From: Candidatus Woesearchaeota archaeon
GTDB lineage: Archaea; Nanobdellota; Nanobdellia; SCGC-AAA011-G17; GW2011-AR20
DNA length: 64,000 nucleotides
NCBI GenBank assembly: GCA_964419925.1
Contig: CAYQPR010000002.1
Coordinates: forward strand, 2,002-66,001
Reading direction: 5' to 3'
The notes under the pieces are model-generated. The model was not told where the DNA came from and made no database searches. It saw only the letters and a list, made by a program, of their open reading frames with translations. Below, in pieces: positions 1 through 9,417 of this stretch; position 1 is the first letter of the stretch, and every line of letters begins with the position of its first letter. The translations under genes were made by a program, and so were the position numbers.

Positions 1-104
1 AAAAAAATGTTAGATAATTAAAAGTTTATCGTCGGAAAAATAATAAATAGATATGTTTAAATATTTGTTAATCATTTAAAGATTATAAAAAAGGAGGGAT
101 TCTC

Positions 105-191
105 ATGGCAACAAGAAGAAAAGCTGCTAGCACAAAAAAAAGGACGACAAAAAGAAAATCTACCAGCTCAACAAAAAGAAAAAGAAGATAA
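105..191 (+). CDS. 28-aa very basic peptide (MATRRKAASTKKRTTKRKSTSSTKRKRR). It is not in the ORF track. It may be a small ribosomal or nucleic-acid-binding protein.
   Basis: GGAGGG Shine-Dalgarno sits 6 nt upstream of the ATG. The composition is Lys/Arg/Thr-rich with no hydrophobic core. Confidence 0.3.
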   Translation: MATRRKAASTKKRTTKRKSTSSTKRKRR

Positions 192-228
192 ATTTTAATA
201 AAAAATTTTGATTCTTTTTTTTATTTTT

Positions 229-732
229 TTAAATTTCTTCAATCATATCATGAATTGTTTTATATTCATGTAATTCTTTTTCATCAAACCATAAAGGAAT
301 TTCAAATTTAGCTTCTTCTAAACTTCCAGATGAGTGAACTAAATTTTTAACTTTTAATTCATGAAAGTTTGCATAATCTTTAGAAGTATGAGAATAGTCT
401 CCCCTAATTGTTCCGGAAATAGCTTCACCGCCATAAGTACTTCCAGCAATCTTTCTAACAACTTTAACTGCATCAACGCCCTCTAAAACAAAAGCAACAA
501 CTGGGCCTTCAGTAATGTATTGAACTAAATTATTCCTTACTCTTTCTCCATGTCTTTTAGAAATATCATCAGTATAGTGCCTTTGAGCAAAATCTTTGTC
601 AGCCCAAAACATTTTCATTCCAAGAATTTTTAATCCAACATTCTCAAATCTAGAAATAATTTCTCCAACAAGAGATCTTCTAACCCCATCAGGTTTTACC
701 AAAACTAGAGTTCTTTCTTTTTGCATGAACAA
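229..732 (-). CDS. ndk: nucleoside diphosphate kinase
   Basis: N-terminal LVLVKPDGV...FENVGLKILGMK and the HxS region are typical of NDK. The length fits with an insertion. Confidence 0.8.
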   Translation of the reverse strand: MFMQKERTLVLVKPDGVRRSLVGEIISRFENVGLKILGMKMFWADKDFAQRHYTDDISKRHGERVRNNLVQYITEGPVVAFVLEGVDAVKVVRKIAGSTYGGEAISGTIRGDYSHTSKDYANFHELKVKNLVHSSGSLEEAKFEIPLWFDEKELHEYKTIHDMIEEI

Positions 733-1232
733 ACGTCTAAATTAAGGTTTAAAAAGATTTTGCTAATAATTCATACTTCTTTCTTTTCCGCCACGTTTGT
801 AAACACGATCTCTTCTTTTTGCTAATTTATCCCTTTTACTTTTTCGTTTACCATAACTTGGTTCATCATCACTCATTCTAAATTAGTTAATAAATGGGTA
901 TATAAATTTTATCCTAAACAATCCGAACTAGAATAACCCTCATTAAAAAAATAATGATTACTACTTAATAAAATAATTCGTTTACGAATTAAATAAGAAA
1001 TACCGTTTTTGATATCATTAATTGGTATAGGTTTACAATCTAATTTAGTATTATCAGCAATATCTTCCAAATTTCCATTACCACCCATTTTCTCCAAAGA
1101 AATACCAATACAATGCCTTACAACTTCTTTATACGGAACACCGCCCCAAATTGCCATACAAATGACCATTATCGATAAACTAATAAATCTTTCCAAAGCA
1201 CAATTATTCAAGTAAAATTGAACACATTTTTC

Positions 1233-1517
1233 TCACTTTATTTCAAGAGCTTTTTTTATAGATTCTAAATCAAATCCAATTATAATCTTCCCATCAATAT
1301 CAATAACTGGAACTCCTAATTGTCCACTTTTCTTCACCATTTCTTGAGCCATCTTATGGTCTTTATCGACCCAAATACTTTCAAATTTAACTTTTTTCTG
1401 ATTAAAAAACTCTTCAGCCCTATGACACCAAATGCATGTACTTGTTCTATACAATAAAACTTTATGTTCTTTTGCCATAAATACTTCAATTAAAAAGAAA
1501 TTTATAAGCTTTTCCAA
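1233..1517 (-). CDS. glutaredoxin/NrdH-like thiol-disulfide oxidoreductase. The real start is probably the internal Met at 1478.
   Basis: CIWC (CxxC) active site. GVPVIDIDGKIIIGFD matches the thioredoxin-fold glutaredoxin signature. Confidence 0.7.
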   Translation of the reverse strand: MEKLINFFLIEVFMAKEHKVLLYRTSTCIWCHRAEEFFNQKKVKFESIWVDKDHKMAQEMVKKSGQLGVPVIDIDGKIIIGFDLESIKKALEIK

Positions 1518-1579
1518 AAAAGCAACCTCATTTTGGATTTTAAAAATATTACATAAGATTCAAAAAAATAAAAAAAAGA

Positions 1580-1939
1580 TTAGATTTGAGTTAAGTATAA
1601 ACCAAATTTATTATCTTTTACCAAATCATACAACAAAGTTTCTCCATTTTCACCAAGCACCCTTTCACGAGTATTTCTTACTGCATCCTCAAAGACTTGT
1701 TTTGTTGATTTACTGGTTTCATTTCCTAAATCAAAATCATAACCATATCCAATATAACGTTGATACATTGTCCTGAACTTATACTTTTTGTCAACCCCCA
1801 CAGTTCCCATTGATTGAATTACTGCTTTTGCCATATCAATCTCGCCATCTGCAATAAGATTCAAAGCAGGGTCTCTCTCTAATAATTGTTCGGCCATCAT
1901 TACTAAAACCACATCCTCAAGTTGTTGATTTTTTGCCAT
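1580..1939 (-). CDS. hypothetical protein
   Basis: Clean 119-aa ORF with no recognised motif. Confidence 0.4.
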   Translation of the reverse strand: MAKNQQLEDVVLVMMAEQLLERDPALNLIADGEIDMAKAVIQSMGTVGVDKKYKFRTMYQRYIGYGYDFDLGNETSKSTKQVFEDAVRNTRERVLGENGETLLYDLVKDNKFGLYLTQI

Positions 1940-2071
1940 TATATTCTCCTACATCACCTTAAGAATAATAGAAACGTAAACATTTAAAAGACTTTTCCAA
2001 AATCTTTATAAACCCTCTTCTGATAACACATAACTGAAAGAAAAGAAAGAAAAGCTTCTTTCTCAGGATAA

Positions 2072-2395
2072 ATGAAGCCAATATTACCAACATTACGTGA
2101 AAATAACAGATATCTTTCGTTTGAAATCAAAACTGAAGACAAAATTGAAAGAAAAGAGATAGAAAATAAGCTACAAGAAAGCTTCCTTGAATTTTTAGGA
2201 AGTTTAGAATTGGCAAAAAGTTCATTTAAATTAATCGATATTAGAAAAGATAAAGGAATAATAAAAGTAAATGCAAAGTATTTAAATAAACTAAAAGCAA
2301 TGTTCACACTAACAAAAATGATAAATAATAAAAAAATAGGTTTAAAAAGTTTAAAAACTTCAGGTTTATTAAATAAGTTAAAAGAGGAGGAATAA
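2072..2395 (+). CDS. rnp2: RNase P protein component 2 (Pop5 homolog)
   Basis: N-terminus MKPILPTLRENNRYLSFEI matches the archaeal Pop5 LPPTLRExxRYxxFEI signature. It lies immediately upstream of psmA, as in the conserved superoperon. Confidence 0.7.
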   Translation: MKPILPTLRENNRYLSFEIKTEDKIERKEIENKLQESFLEFLGSLELAKSSFKLIDIRKDKGIIKVNAKYLNKLKAMFTLTKMINNKKIGLKSLKTSGLLNKLKEEE

Positions 2396-2397
2396 AA

Positions 2398-3111
2398 ATG
2401 GAACCAATGCAACATCAAATGATGGGTTATGATCGTGCTTCAACTATGTTTAGTCCAGATGGAAGGTTATTACAAGTTGAATATGCAAAAAAAACAGTTA
2501 AACAAGGTAGCACCACACTAGGAATAGTTTGTAAGGATGGAGTTGTCTTAATTGCAGATAAAAGAGTTACAGAACCTTTGATTGTTCCTGCTTCTGTAGA
2601 AAAAGTATTTCAAATTGATGAACACATAGGAGCAACTGCTTCTGGAATTTTAAGCGATGGAAGAATTTTAATTGATAGAGCAAGATTAGTTGCTCAACAA
2701 CACAGAGTAACATACGATGAACCTATAGACACCGGATCATTAGTAAAAGACATATGTGATTTAAAACAACAGTTTACACAATTTGGAGGAGCTCGTCCTT
2801 TTGGAGTTTCAATATTATTTGCAGGTGTTAATTCTGAGCCTGAATTATATCTAACAGACCCTACTGGAATTTATTTTCAATACAAGGCAACGGCTATAGG
2901 TGAAGCTGAAAATGAAATAAAAGAAATTTTAGTCAAAGAATATAAAGAATCCATGGATGTAGATGAAGGTGCTTCTCTTGCATTAAGAGCTTTAAGAAAA
3001 GTTCTTGGAAAAGAATTTGATATTAAAAGAATAGATGGTGCTTACATAAAAACTACTGAAAAACAGTTTAAAAGAATGGACATGAAATATCTTCAAAAAC
3101 TAACAAAATGA
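2398..3111 (+). CDS. psmA: proteasome subunit alpha
   Basis: YDRASTMFSPDGRLLQVEYA alpha-subunit N-terminal signature. An SD (GAGGAGG) lies upstream. Confidence 0.9.
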   Translation: MEPMQHQMMGYDRASTMFSPDGRLLQVEYAKKTVKQGSTTLGIVCKDGVVLIADKRVTEPLIVPASVEKVFQIDEHIGATASGILSDGRILIDRARLVAQQHRVTYDEPIDTGSLVKDICDLKQQFTQFGGARPFGVSILFAGVNSEPELYLTDPTGIYFQYKATAIGEAENEIKEILVKEYKESMDVDEGASLALRALRKVLGKEFDIKRIDGAYIKTTEKQFKRMDMKYLQKLTK

Positions 3112-3806
3112 ATATAAAAGATGCTGTAGTAGCAAAATTGAGCAAACAGGGATTAAATTTTGAAATTTTAGTAGATTGTGAAAAAGCAATCGAATTTAAA
3201 CAAGGAAAAAACATTCCTTTGGAAGATGTTACCGTTACACTTGAAATTTATAGCGATGTAAAAAAAGGAGAACATGCTCCAGAAAATGTGTTCAAAAAAA
3301 TATTTAATACAGAAGATAAACAAGAAATAATAAAAAGAATAATCAAAGATGGTGAAGTTCAGTTAACAAAAGAATATCGCGATAAGCTAAGAGAAGAAAA
3401 AAAACTAAAGATTATAACTTTAATTCATAGGAATGCTATCAATCCAACAACTAATCTTCCTCATCCAGCACAAAGAATTCAGGCAGCTTTAGATGAAGCT
3501 AAGGTAAAAATAGATGAATTTAAAAATGCCGAAGATCAAATTAAAGAAATTGTTGATAAAATAAGAGCAATTCTTCCAATAAAATTTGAAGTAAGAGAAT
3601 TGGAAATAAGAATTCCTGCGAAGCATGCAGGGAAGTCATACTCTACTTTAAAGCAATACGGAACCTTAATAAAGGATGAATGGCAGAACGATGGAAGCCT
3701 AAAGGCAATTTTAGAAATTCCTGCGGGACTACAATCCGAATTATTTGATAAGTTAAACTCATTAACTCATGGAGAAGTTGAAAGCAAAATAATAAAAGTA
3801 AAATGA
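3108..3806 (+). CDS. sdo1: SBDS (Shwachman-Bodian-Diamond) family ribosome maturation protein
   Basis: The N-terminal domain pattern AVVAKLSKQGLNFEILVD...VFKKIFNTED is typical of archaeal SBDS. The gene is in the exosome superoperon context. Confidence 0.7.
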   Translation: MNIKDAVVAKLSKQGLNFEILVDCEKAIEFKQGKNIPLEDVTVTLEIYSDVKKGEHAPENVFKKIFNTEDKQEIIKRIIKDGEVQLTKEYRDKLREEKKLKIITLIHRNAINPTTNLPHPAQRIQAALDEAKVKIDEFKNAEDQIKEIVDKIRAILPIKFEVRELEIRIPAKHAGKSYSTLKQYGTLIKDEWQNDGSLKAILEIPAGLQSELFDKLNSLTHGEVESKIIKVK

Positions 3807-4492
3807 ATGAATTATTAGTTAAAGACAAAGAAATTGTAATTCCGGGACAAGAATTAGCAGATAGTATGGAATATCTTCCAAGCCACGGAGCATTTAGAGA
3901 AGGAAATAAAATAATCTCAAATTATTTAGGATTAGTAAGTATCAATGAAAGATTCATAAGGGTTATTCCATTAACAGGAAAATATGTTCCAAAAGTTAAT
4001 GATACGGTTGTAGGAAGGGTAGTTGATATCGGATTTTATGGATGGACAATTGATCTCGGATGTGCATATAATGGGGTTCTAAGCATAAGAGAAACCGCAG
4101 ATTTCATTGAAAAAAATGATGATTTAACAAAATATTATGATTATGGGGATTTAGTCGTTGCTAAAATTGTCAAAGTGACAAGACAAAAATCTGTTGATTT
4201 AAGTACAAGAGGACCTGGATTAAGAAAATTAATTGGAGGAAAAGTAATTGAAGTTACTCCAAGCAAAGTTCCAAGAATGATTGGAAAACAAGGAAACATG
4301 ATTGGGATGATTAAAGAAAAAACAGGTTGCAATATGTTAATAGGACAAAATGGAAGAGTTTGGTTAAAAGGAGAAAATACTGAAAAAGAAATTTTCGTTA
4401 CAAAGATTATTTTAAAAATAGAACAAGAGTCACATACAGAAGGATTAACAGATAAAATAAAAAATATGCTCGAGGAAAAAAATGACGGATAA
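3803..4492 (+). CDS. rrp4: exosome complex RNA-binding protein Rrp4 (S1 + KH)
   Basis: S1 domain (VVGRVVDIGFYGWTIDLG) followed by a KH motif (IGKQGNMIGMIKEKTGC). Start and stop overlap with neighbours. Confidence 0.8.
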   Translation: MNELLVKDKEIVIPGQELADSMEYLPSHGAFREGNKIISNYLGLVSINERFIRVIPLTGKYVPKVNDTVVGRVVDIGFYGWTIDLGCAYNGVLSIRETADFIEKNDDLTKYYDYGDLVVAKIVKVTRQKSVDLSTRGPGLRKLIGGKVIEVTPSKVPRMIGKQGNMIGMIKEKTGCNMLIGQNGRVWLKGENTEKEIFVTKIILKIEQESHTEGLTDKIKNMLEEKNDG

Positions 4493-5177
4493 AAGAGTAG
4501 ACGGAAGAAAGCACGACGAAATGAGGGAGATTGAAGCTAAGGTCGGAATAATTAAAAGAGCAGATGGAAGTGCAATGTTTAAGATAGGAGATACAATCGC
4601 AATTGCAGCTGTCTATGGTCCTAGAGAACTACATCCAAAATATTTACAAAATCCTGAAACAGGAATTTTAAGATGCAATTATGATATGATTACATTTTCG
4701 GTTCCAGAAAGAAAACGTCCTGGACCAAGCAGAAGAGGTGTAGAGATTTCATTGGTTACAGAAAAAGCATTGCTTCCAGCAGTTGATTTAGTTCAGTTTC
4801 CAAATGCAGTCGTAGATGTTTTTATACAAATAATTCAAGCAAATGCCGGAACGAGATGTGCAGGTATATCTGCAGCTTCATTAGCATTGGCTCACGCGGG
4901 TATTCCAATGAAAGATATGGTTGCAGCAGTTTCTGTTGGAAGAATAAATGGAAAAATTTATGTTGATTTAAATAAGGACGAAGAAGATGTTGAAGATGCA
5001 ACAGACATCCCGGTTGCGTTTACTTCAAGAGGTCAAAAACTAACATTATTACAATTAGATGGAAACATTACAAAAAAAGAATTAATTGAAGCCTTAAAAC
5101 TTGGACAAGAAAGTTGTAAAAAAATAAATGATATACAAGAAAAGGCATTAAAGGAGTTTTACAAGAAAAATGAATAA
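4482..5177 (+). CDS. rrp41: exosome complex exonuclease Rrp41 (RNase PH)
   Basis: RVDGRKHDEMREI...ADGSAMF...AVYGPRE is an RNase PH-type motif. Confidence 0.85.
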   Translation: MTDKRVDGRKHDEMREIEAKVGIIKRADGSAMFKIGDTIAIAAVYGPRELHPKYLQNPETGILRCNYDMITFSVPERKRPGPSRRGVEISLVTEKALLPAVDLVQFPNAVVDVFIQIIQANAGTRCAGISAASLALAHAGIPMKDMVAAVSVGRINGKIYVDLNKDEEDVEDATDIPVAFTSRGQKLTLLQLDGNITKKELIEALKLGQESCKKINDIQEKALKEFYKKNE

Positions 5178-5931
5178 TGAATATATAATTTCCCTGATAA
5201 AAGAAGGTAAAAGAGTAGACGGAAGAGGATTAGATGATTTTAGGGAAGTTAGTTTAGAATATAATATAAGTAAAAATGCAGAAGGAAGTGCTAAATGCAA
5301 GATTGGAGAAACTGAGGTAATTGTTGGTGTAAAGATGAATGTTGGAGAACCTTATTCAGATTCGCCTGATGAGGGAGTAATTACAGTAACTGCAGAATTA
5401 AGTCCAGTTGCAAGTCCTTTATTTGAACTTGGTCCTCCAAATTCTTGGGCTACAGAATTAGCAAGGGTTGTTGATAGAGGAATCAGAGAAAGTAAATGCA
5501 TTGATTTCAAAAAATTATGCATAAGAGAAAATGAAAAAGTTTGGATGATATTTTTAGATATTTATCCAATAAATGATGATGGAAATTTAATTGATGCAAG
5601 TGTTTTAGCTGCGTTAGCTGCATTAAAAAGTGTAAGAATTCCAAGATTAGAAAATGATAAAGTTATTTTTGGTGAACTTACAAATGAAAAATTAAAATTA
5701 AATAAAACCCCAATAACATTTACTTTCGGAAAAGTTGAAGATAAAATTATATTAGATCCAAATTCAAAAGAAGAATCCATTTTAAATGCTAGAGTAAGTA
5801 TTTCAGTTTATGAAGGAAATATTCATGCGATGCAAAAGGGCGGAGACGATGGAATTGAAATAGGCGACGTTGAAAAGATGGTTGATATTGCAATCAAAAA
5901 AGAAAAAGAATTAAGGAGTTTATTAAAATGA
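5170..5931 (+). CDS. rrp42: exosome complex subunit Rrp42 (inactive RNase PH)
   Basis: RNase PH-like fold motifs (RVDGRGLDDFREV, EGSAKCKIGETEVIVGVK). It directly follows rrp41. Confidence 0.8.
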   Translation: MNNEYIISLIKEGKRVDGRGLDDFREVSLEYNISKNAEGSAKCKIGETEVIVGVKMNVGEPYSDSPDEGVITVTAELSPVASPLFELGPPNSWATELARVVDRGIRESKCIDFKKLCIRENEKVWMIFLDIYPINDDGNLIDASVLAALAALKSVRIPRLENDKVIFGELTNEKLKLNKTPITFTFGKVEDKIILDPNSKEESILNARVSISVYEGNIHAMQKGGDDGIEIGDVEKMVDIAIKKEKELRSLLK

Positions 5932-6137
5932 ATCCTGAACTTTTTACTAAATACGAAAAAGCAAGAATAATTGGAGCAAGAGCATTGCAATTGGCAATGG
6001 GTGCACCATTAATATTAGATTTAAAAGAAGGAAAGTTAGAAGAGATAAGATTTAATCCAATTTCAATAGCAAGAATGGAATTTGAAAAAGGAATTCTACC
6101 AATAACAATTAAAAGACCTTTGCCAGTAAAAAATTAA
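5928..6137 (+). CDS. rpoK: DNA-directed RNA polymerase subunit K (Rpb6/omega family)
   Basis: FTKYEKARIIGARALQLAMGAPL...EFEKGILPITIKRP matches the RpoK consensus closely. Confidence 0.85.
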   Translation: MNPELFTKYEKARIIGARALQLAMGAPLILDLKEGKLEEIRFNPISIARMEFEKGILPITIKRPLPVKN

Positions 6138-6141
6138 TTTC

Positions 6142-7137
6142 TTACAACATTAAAGAAACAACAATAAAGTAAATTATAATTGATAAAACATCAGATATTA
6201 TCGTTGCAAATGGTCCACTACCTAAAGCAGGATCTTGTTTAAATACTTTAAATAAATAAGTTATAAGCAAAGACATAAAACTTGATAAAACTAAAGTGAT
6301 AAGCATCGCTAAAGAAATAACAAGAGCAATATATGGCTCTCCCCAAAATAAATCAATAATAATATAAGCAATAAAACCGATTAAAACACCTAAAATGATT
6401 CCAATAAAAGTTTGTCTAAAAAAATATGGAACTATCTTGAATTCTTTTCCAAAAATTGTCAAATCCCTAATTAATAATGTTTGTTGCTGTATTCCAAGAG
6501 CACTGCTCATATAAACAACCGCAGGAACAAAAAAAGCTAATATCAAATGTTGATTTAATATACTTTCATATTTGCCAATAAAACCTGCAGCAAGTAAAAC
6601 ACCGATTAAACCAACAATTAACCATGGAATTCTATGTTCTAAATTTAATAATAAAGGAACATGCATCGTATCTTCATATTCCAAATGACCTTTATGAATA
6701 CCTGCAGAATAAAGAAGCCTTTTATGTAAAGCATGATGTAATATAGATAAAATTTTATTTGTTAAAATAACTCCAATTAATTTTCCTTCTTCAACAATTG
6801 GAATTGCTTTTAAATTATGTTTCAAAGCTAAATTTGCAATTTTTTGTTCTTCAGCATCAGGAGAAACGGAAATAATATTTTTCTCCATAATATCTTTAAT
6901 CTTAGTTTTTTTAGGAAGTTCAAAAACTTTTTTTATAGAAGTAACCCCATTTAAATTACTTTTATCATCAATAACATAAATATAATCTATTGTTTCAAAA
7001 TCTTTAACGTTTTTATTAATAAATTTTTGAATATCGCCAATTAAATAAGAATCTGGAACAACAGGAACATTTTTAGTAATGTAATCAACAGCAAAATTTA
7101 CCTTACCTTCTTTTTTAATAGAACTTTCAATCACCAT
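6142..7137 (-). CDS. mgtE: magnesium transporter MgtE
   Basis: N-terminal CBS-pair region followed by the C-terminal multi-TM MgtE channel domain. Confidence 0.7.
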   Translation of the reverse strand: MVIESSIKKEGKVNFAVDYITKNVPVVPDSYLIGDIQKFINKNVKDFETIDYIYVIDDKSNLNGVTSIKKVFELPKKTKIKDIMEKNIISVSPDAEEQKIANLALKHNLKAIPIVEEGKLIGVILTNKILSILHHALHKRLLYSAGIHKGHLEYEDTMHVPLLLNLEHRIPWLIVGLIGVLLAAGFIGKYESILNQHLILAFFVPAVVYMSSALGIQQQTLLIRDLTIFGKEFKIVPYFFRQTFIGIILGVLIGFIAYIIIDLFWGEPYIALVISLAMLITLVLSSFMSLLITYLFKVFKQDPALGSGPFATIISDVLSIIIYFIVVSLML

Positions 7138-7173
7138 CTGAAAAACAAAAGAAATAGAAGTATTTAAATCTTA

Positions 7174-8466
7174 TTAAGGAACATATCTTAGCATCGTTCT
7201 AGGGTAAGGTATTGCATCCTTGATATTGTCTAAACCACAAATCCAAGATATAATTCTTTCAACACCCATTCCAAATCCACCATGAGGAACACTTCCATAT
7301 TTTCTTGTATCCAAATAAAATTCATAATTCTTTGGATTTTCTCCCTGCTCTTTTAATCTAGAAATTATTTTATCTTTATCGGGCTCTCTTTCACTTCCAC
7401 CTATAATCTCACCATAACCTTCAGGAGCAATAAAATCACAACCAAAAACAACTTTCGTATCTTTTGGATCTTCTTTCATATAAAATGCTTTAACAACTTT
7501 AGGATAATGTGTTACAATTATTGGAGTATCGTATAACTTACTTAATTCATCCTCTTCAATTGTCCTTAAATCTTTTCCCCAATCAATTTTGATTTTACAT
7601 TTTTCTTTTAATATTTTTAAAGCATCAGTATAAGTCATTCTTGGAAAAGGTTTTTTTAATATTGGTTCCAATTTCTTAACATCTCTTTCTAAAAGTTTCA
7701 ATTCTTCTTTATTATTTTCCAAAACTTCTTTAACAATATTTTTAATTAAATTTTCGCCATGATCTTGAATATCTTTAAAGGAAGCCCAAGCCTGTTCCAT
7801 TTCAGCATGCCAGTACTCCGTCAAATGTCTAGACGTCTTAGATTTTTCAGCTCTAAAACTTGGTGCGATGCAATACACTTTTTCTAAAGCAAAAATAGCT
7901 GGCTCAGCATACAACTGCCATGTTTGTGCCAAAAATAATTTTTTTCCAAAATAATCTACATTAAATAGCGTGCTTCCACCTTCACACTGAACACTTTGTA
8001 TTATGGGACTTTGAAATTCATAAAAACCTTCATTTCTAAAATAATCATGTATTGCTTTAAAAATAGTACTCCTTATCTTTAATATAGAGGTCATCTTTCT
8101 GCTTCTTAACCATAGATGTCTATTATCTAATAATAGTTCAGGACTTTGATCTTTATTTATTGGAAATATCTCTGCAAATTGAATAACATTTATTTTACTA
8201 ACCTGAATTTCATATCCTGTTGGAGCTCTTTTATCTTCCTTTATTTCTCCTTCAATTTCTAAAGAGCTTTCAATTAAAATTTTATTAGAATCTTCCCATT
8301 CTTTCTTTGTAACTTTATCTTGTTTAATTACACATTGAATAATATTTGTAGAATCTCTAACCACTAAAAAAATCATGTCTTTCTGTTTTCTTTCACGATG
8401 AACCCATCCGTGAATACTTACATTACCTTTTCCCTTTTCAATTGCTTCTTGTATTTGAATAAACAT
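7174..8466 (-). CDS. asnS: asparaginyl-tRNA synthetase (class IIb)
   Basis: N-terminal OB anticodon-binding domain (GWVHRER). Class II motifs FRAE...RHLTEYWHAE and GGSER are present. The HLTE(F/Y) region favours AsnRS over AspRS. Confidence 0.65.
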   Translation of the reverse strand: MFIQIQEAIEKGKGNVSIHGWVHRERKQKDMIFLVVRDSTNIIQCVIKQDKVTKKEWEDSNKILIESSLEIEGEIKEDKRAPTGYEIQVSKINVIQFAEIFPINKDQSPELLLDNRHLWLRSRKMTSILKIRSTIFKAIHDYFRNEGFYEFQSPIIQSVQCEGGSTLFNVDYFGKKLFLAQTWQLYAEPAIFALEKVYCIAPSFRAEKSKTSRHLTEYWHAEMEQAWASFKDIQDHGENLIKNIVKEVLENNKEELKLLERDVKKLEPILKKPFPRMTYTDALKILKEKCKIKIDWGKDLRTIEEDELSKLYDTPIIVTHYPKVVKAFYMKEDPKDTKVVFGCDFIAPEGYGEIIGGSEREPDKDKIISRLKEQGENPKNYEFYLDTRKYGSVPHGGFGMGVERIISWICGLDNIKDAIPYPRTMLRYVP

Positions 8467-8518
8467 ACTTTTACGTATTTTGGTATATTAAAAAGATTTT
8501 GGTTTAGTTAGTTTAAAA

Positions 8519-8827
8519 TTAAGTTCTGATTAGAGAGTCAAATTCTTTAATCCAATAAGGAATTATATTTGATTCTTCCATCCTAATTTTTTTACCATTT
8601 TCATAACAATCAATATGATTTCTTTCAGGATGATTAGGTATAATATGCATCCCGGATACAATTGTTACTCCTTTCTTAATCTCTTTGAAATTTGGTTTTT
8701 CCATCATTTGTTTAACATTTCCTTCTTCATCTTTTTCTACTAAAATATAAAAAGGATTACCCCATAAATCTATTTGGTATCTTAGATAGTTCCTCTTCTT
8801 TTTTACAAATAAATTGGATTTTATCAT
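8519..8827 (-). CDS. hypothetical protein
   Basis: 102-aa ORF with no motif recognised. Confidence 0.35.
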   Translation of the reverse strand: MIKSNLFVKKKRNYLRYQIDLWGNPFYILVEKDEEGNVKQMMEKPNFKEIKKGVTIVSGMHIIPNHPERNHIDCYENGKKIRMEESNIIPYWIKEFDSLIRT

Positions 8828-8869
8828 TTTAACACCAAAATGTTAAAGTTTATTAGAATTTAAATTTAA

Positions 8870-9406
8870 CTAATTAAAGTCTAATACTTCAAAATCAGTT
8901 AAATCTTCCTTTTTATATGGAATGCCATTATAAGTCCAGTTTAAATAAACATGAATCTTATTTTCTCCAACTTTTTTATTAGGATAATACCAAATAATAT
9001 AATTATCTGTAATGTTGTTAAAGAAAGTTTTAGAGTGATATTTTTTTGAATTGTGTATGAATTCTAAAGTAAAACTATAAGGAATTTTCAGACCTTCTTT
9101 TACCAAAACCTGCCAAGTCGTGGTTGTATTACCATCATAAGGATAAACTAAGTTCTTTGGTCTTAATTCTTTAATAGACAAAAAATCTTCTTCGTTAACC
9201 CCTATTGGTATTTCAGAAGTTAAATTTGTAGAGTTACTTTCATTATCTTCAAAAGGATTACTTATCCAACCATTAATCATAATTACGAAAGATGGAATGG
9301 CCATTAAGAATGCTAAAACTCCAACAACTCCAATGATTACATTAAACTGCTGCAATTTCCCTAAGTTCTTAAACCAGAAATATTGTTTTTTAAACCAATT
9401 GGTCAT
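8870..9406 (-). CDS. hypothetical membrane-anchored protein (N-terminal TM helix, extracytoplasmic domain with several N-x-S/T sites)
   Basis: Hydrophobic segment VIIGVVGVLAFLMAIPSFVIMI near the N-terminus. Confidence 0.45.
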   Translation of the reverse strand: MTNWFKKQYFWFKNLGKLQQFNVIIGVVGVLAFLMAIPSFVIMINGWISNPFEDNESNSTNLTSEIPIGVNEEDFLSIKELRPKNLVYPYDGNTTTTWQVLVKEGLKIPYSFTLEFIHNSKKYHSKTFFNNITDNYIIWYYPNKKVGENKIHVYLNWTYNGIPYKKEDLTDFEVLDFN

Positions 9407-9417
9407 TTTTTCTCGTT

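Noticed and set aside
909-1215. Overlapping ORFs 909..1211(-) and 1009..1215(+)
   Set aside because: Neither has a recognisable motif and they are mutually exclusive. I could not decide which, if either, is real, so neither is listed as a feature.
1984-2418. 144-aa ORF on the minus strand overlapping the Pop5 gene
   Set aside because: Phe/Leu/Ile-rich translation typical of the antisense of an AT-rich coding region. The plus-strand ORF has a clear Pop5 signature and superoperon context.
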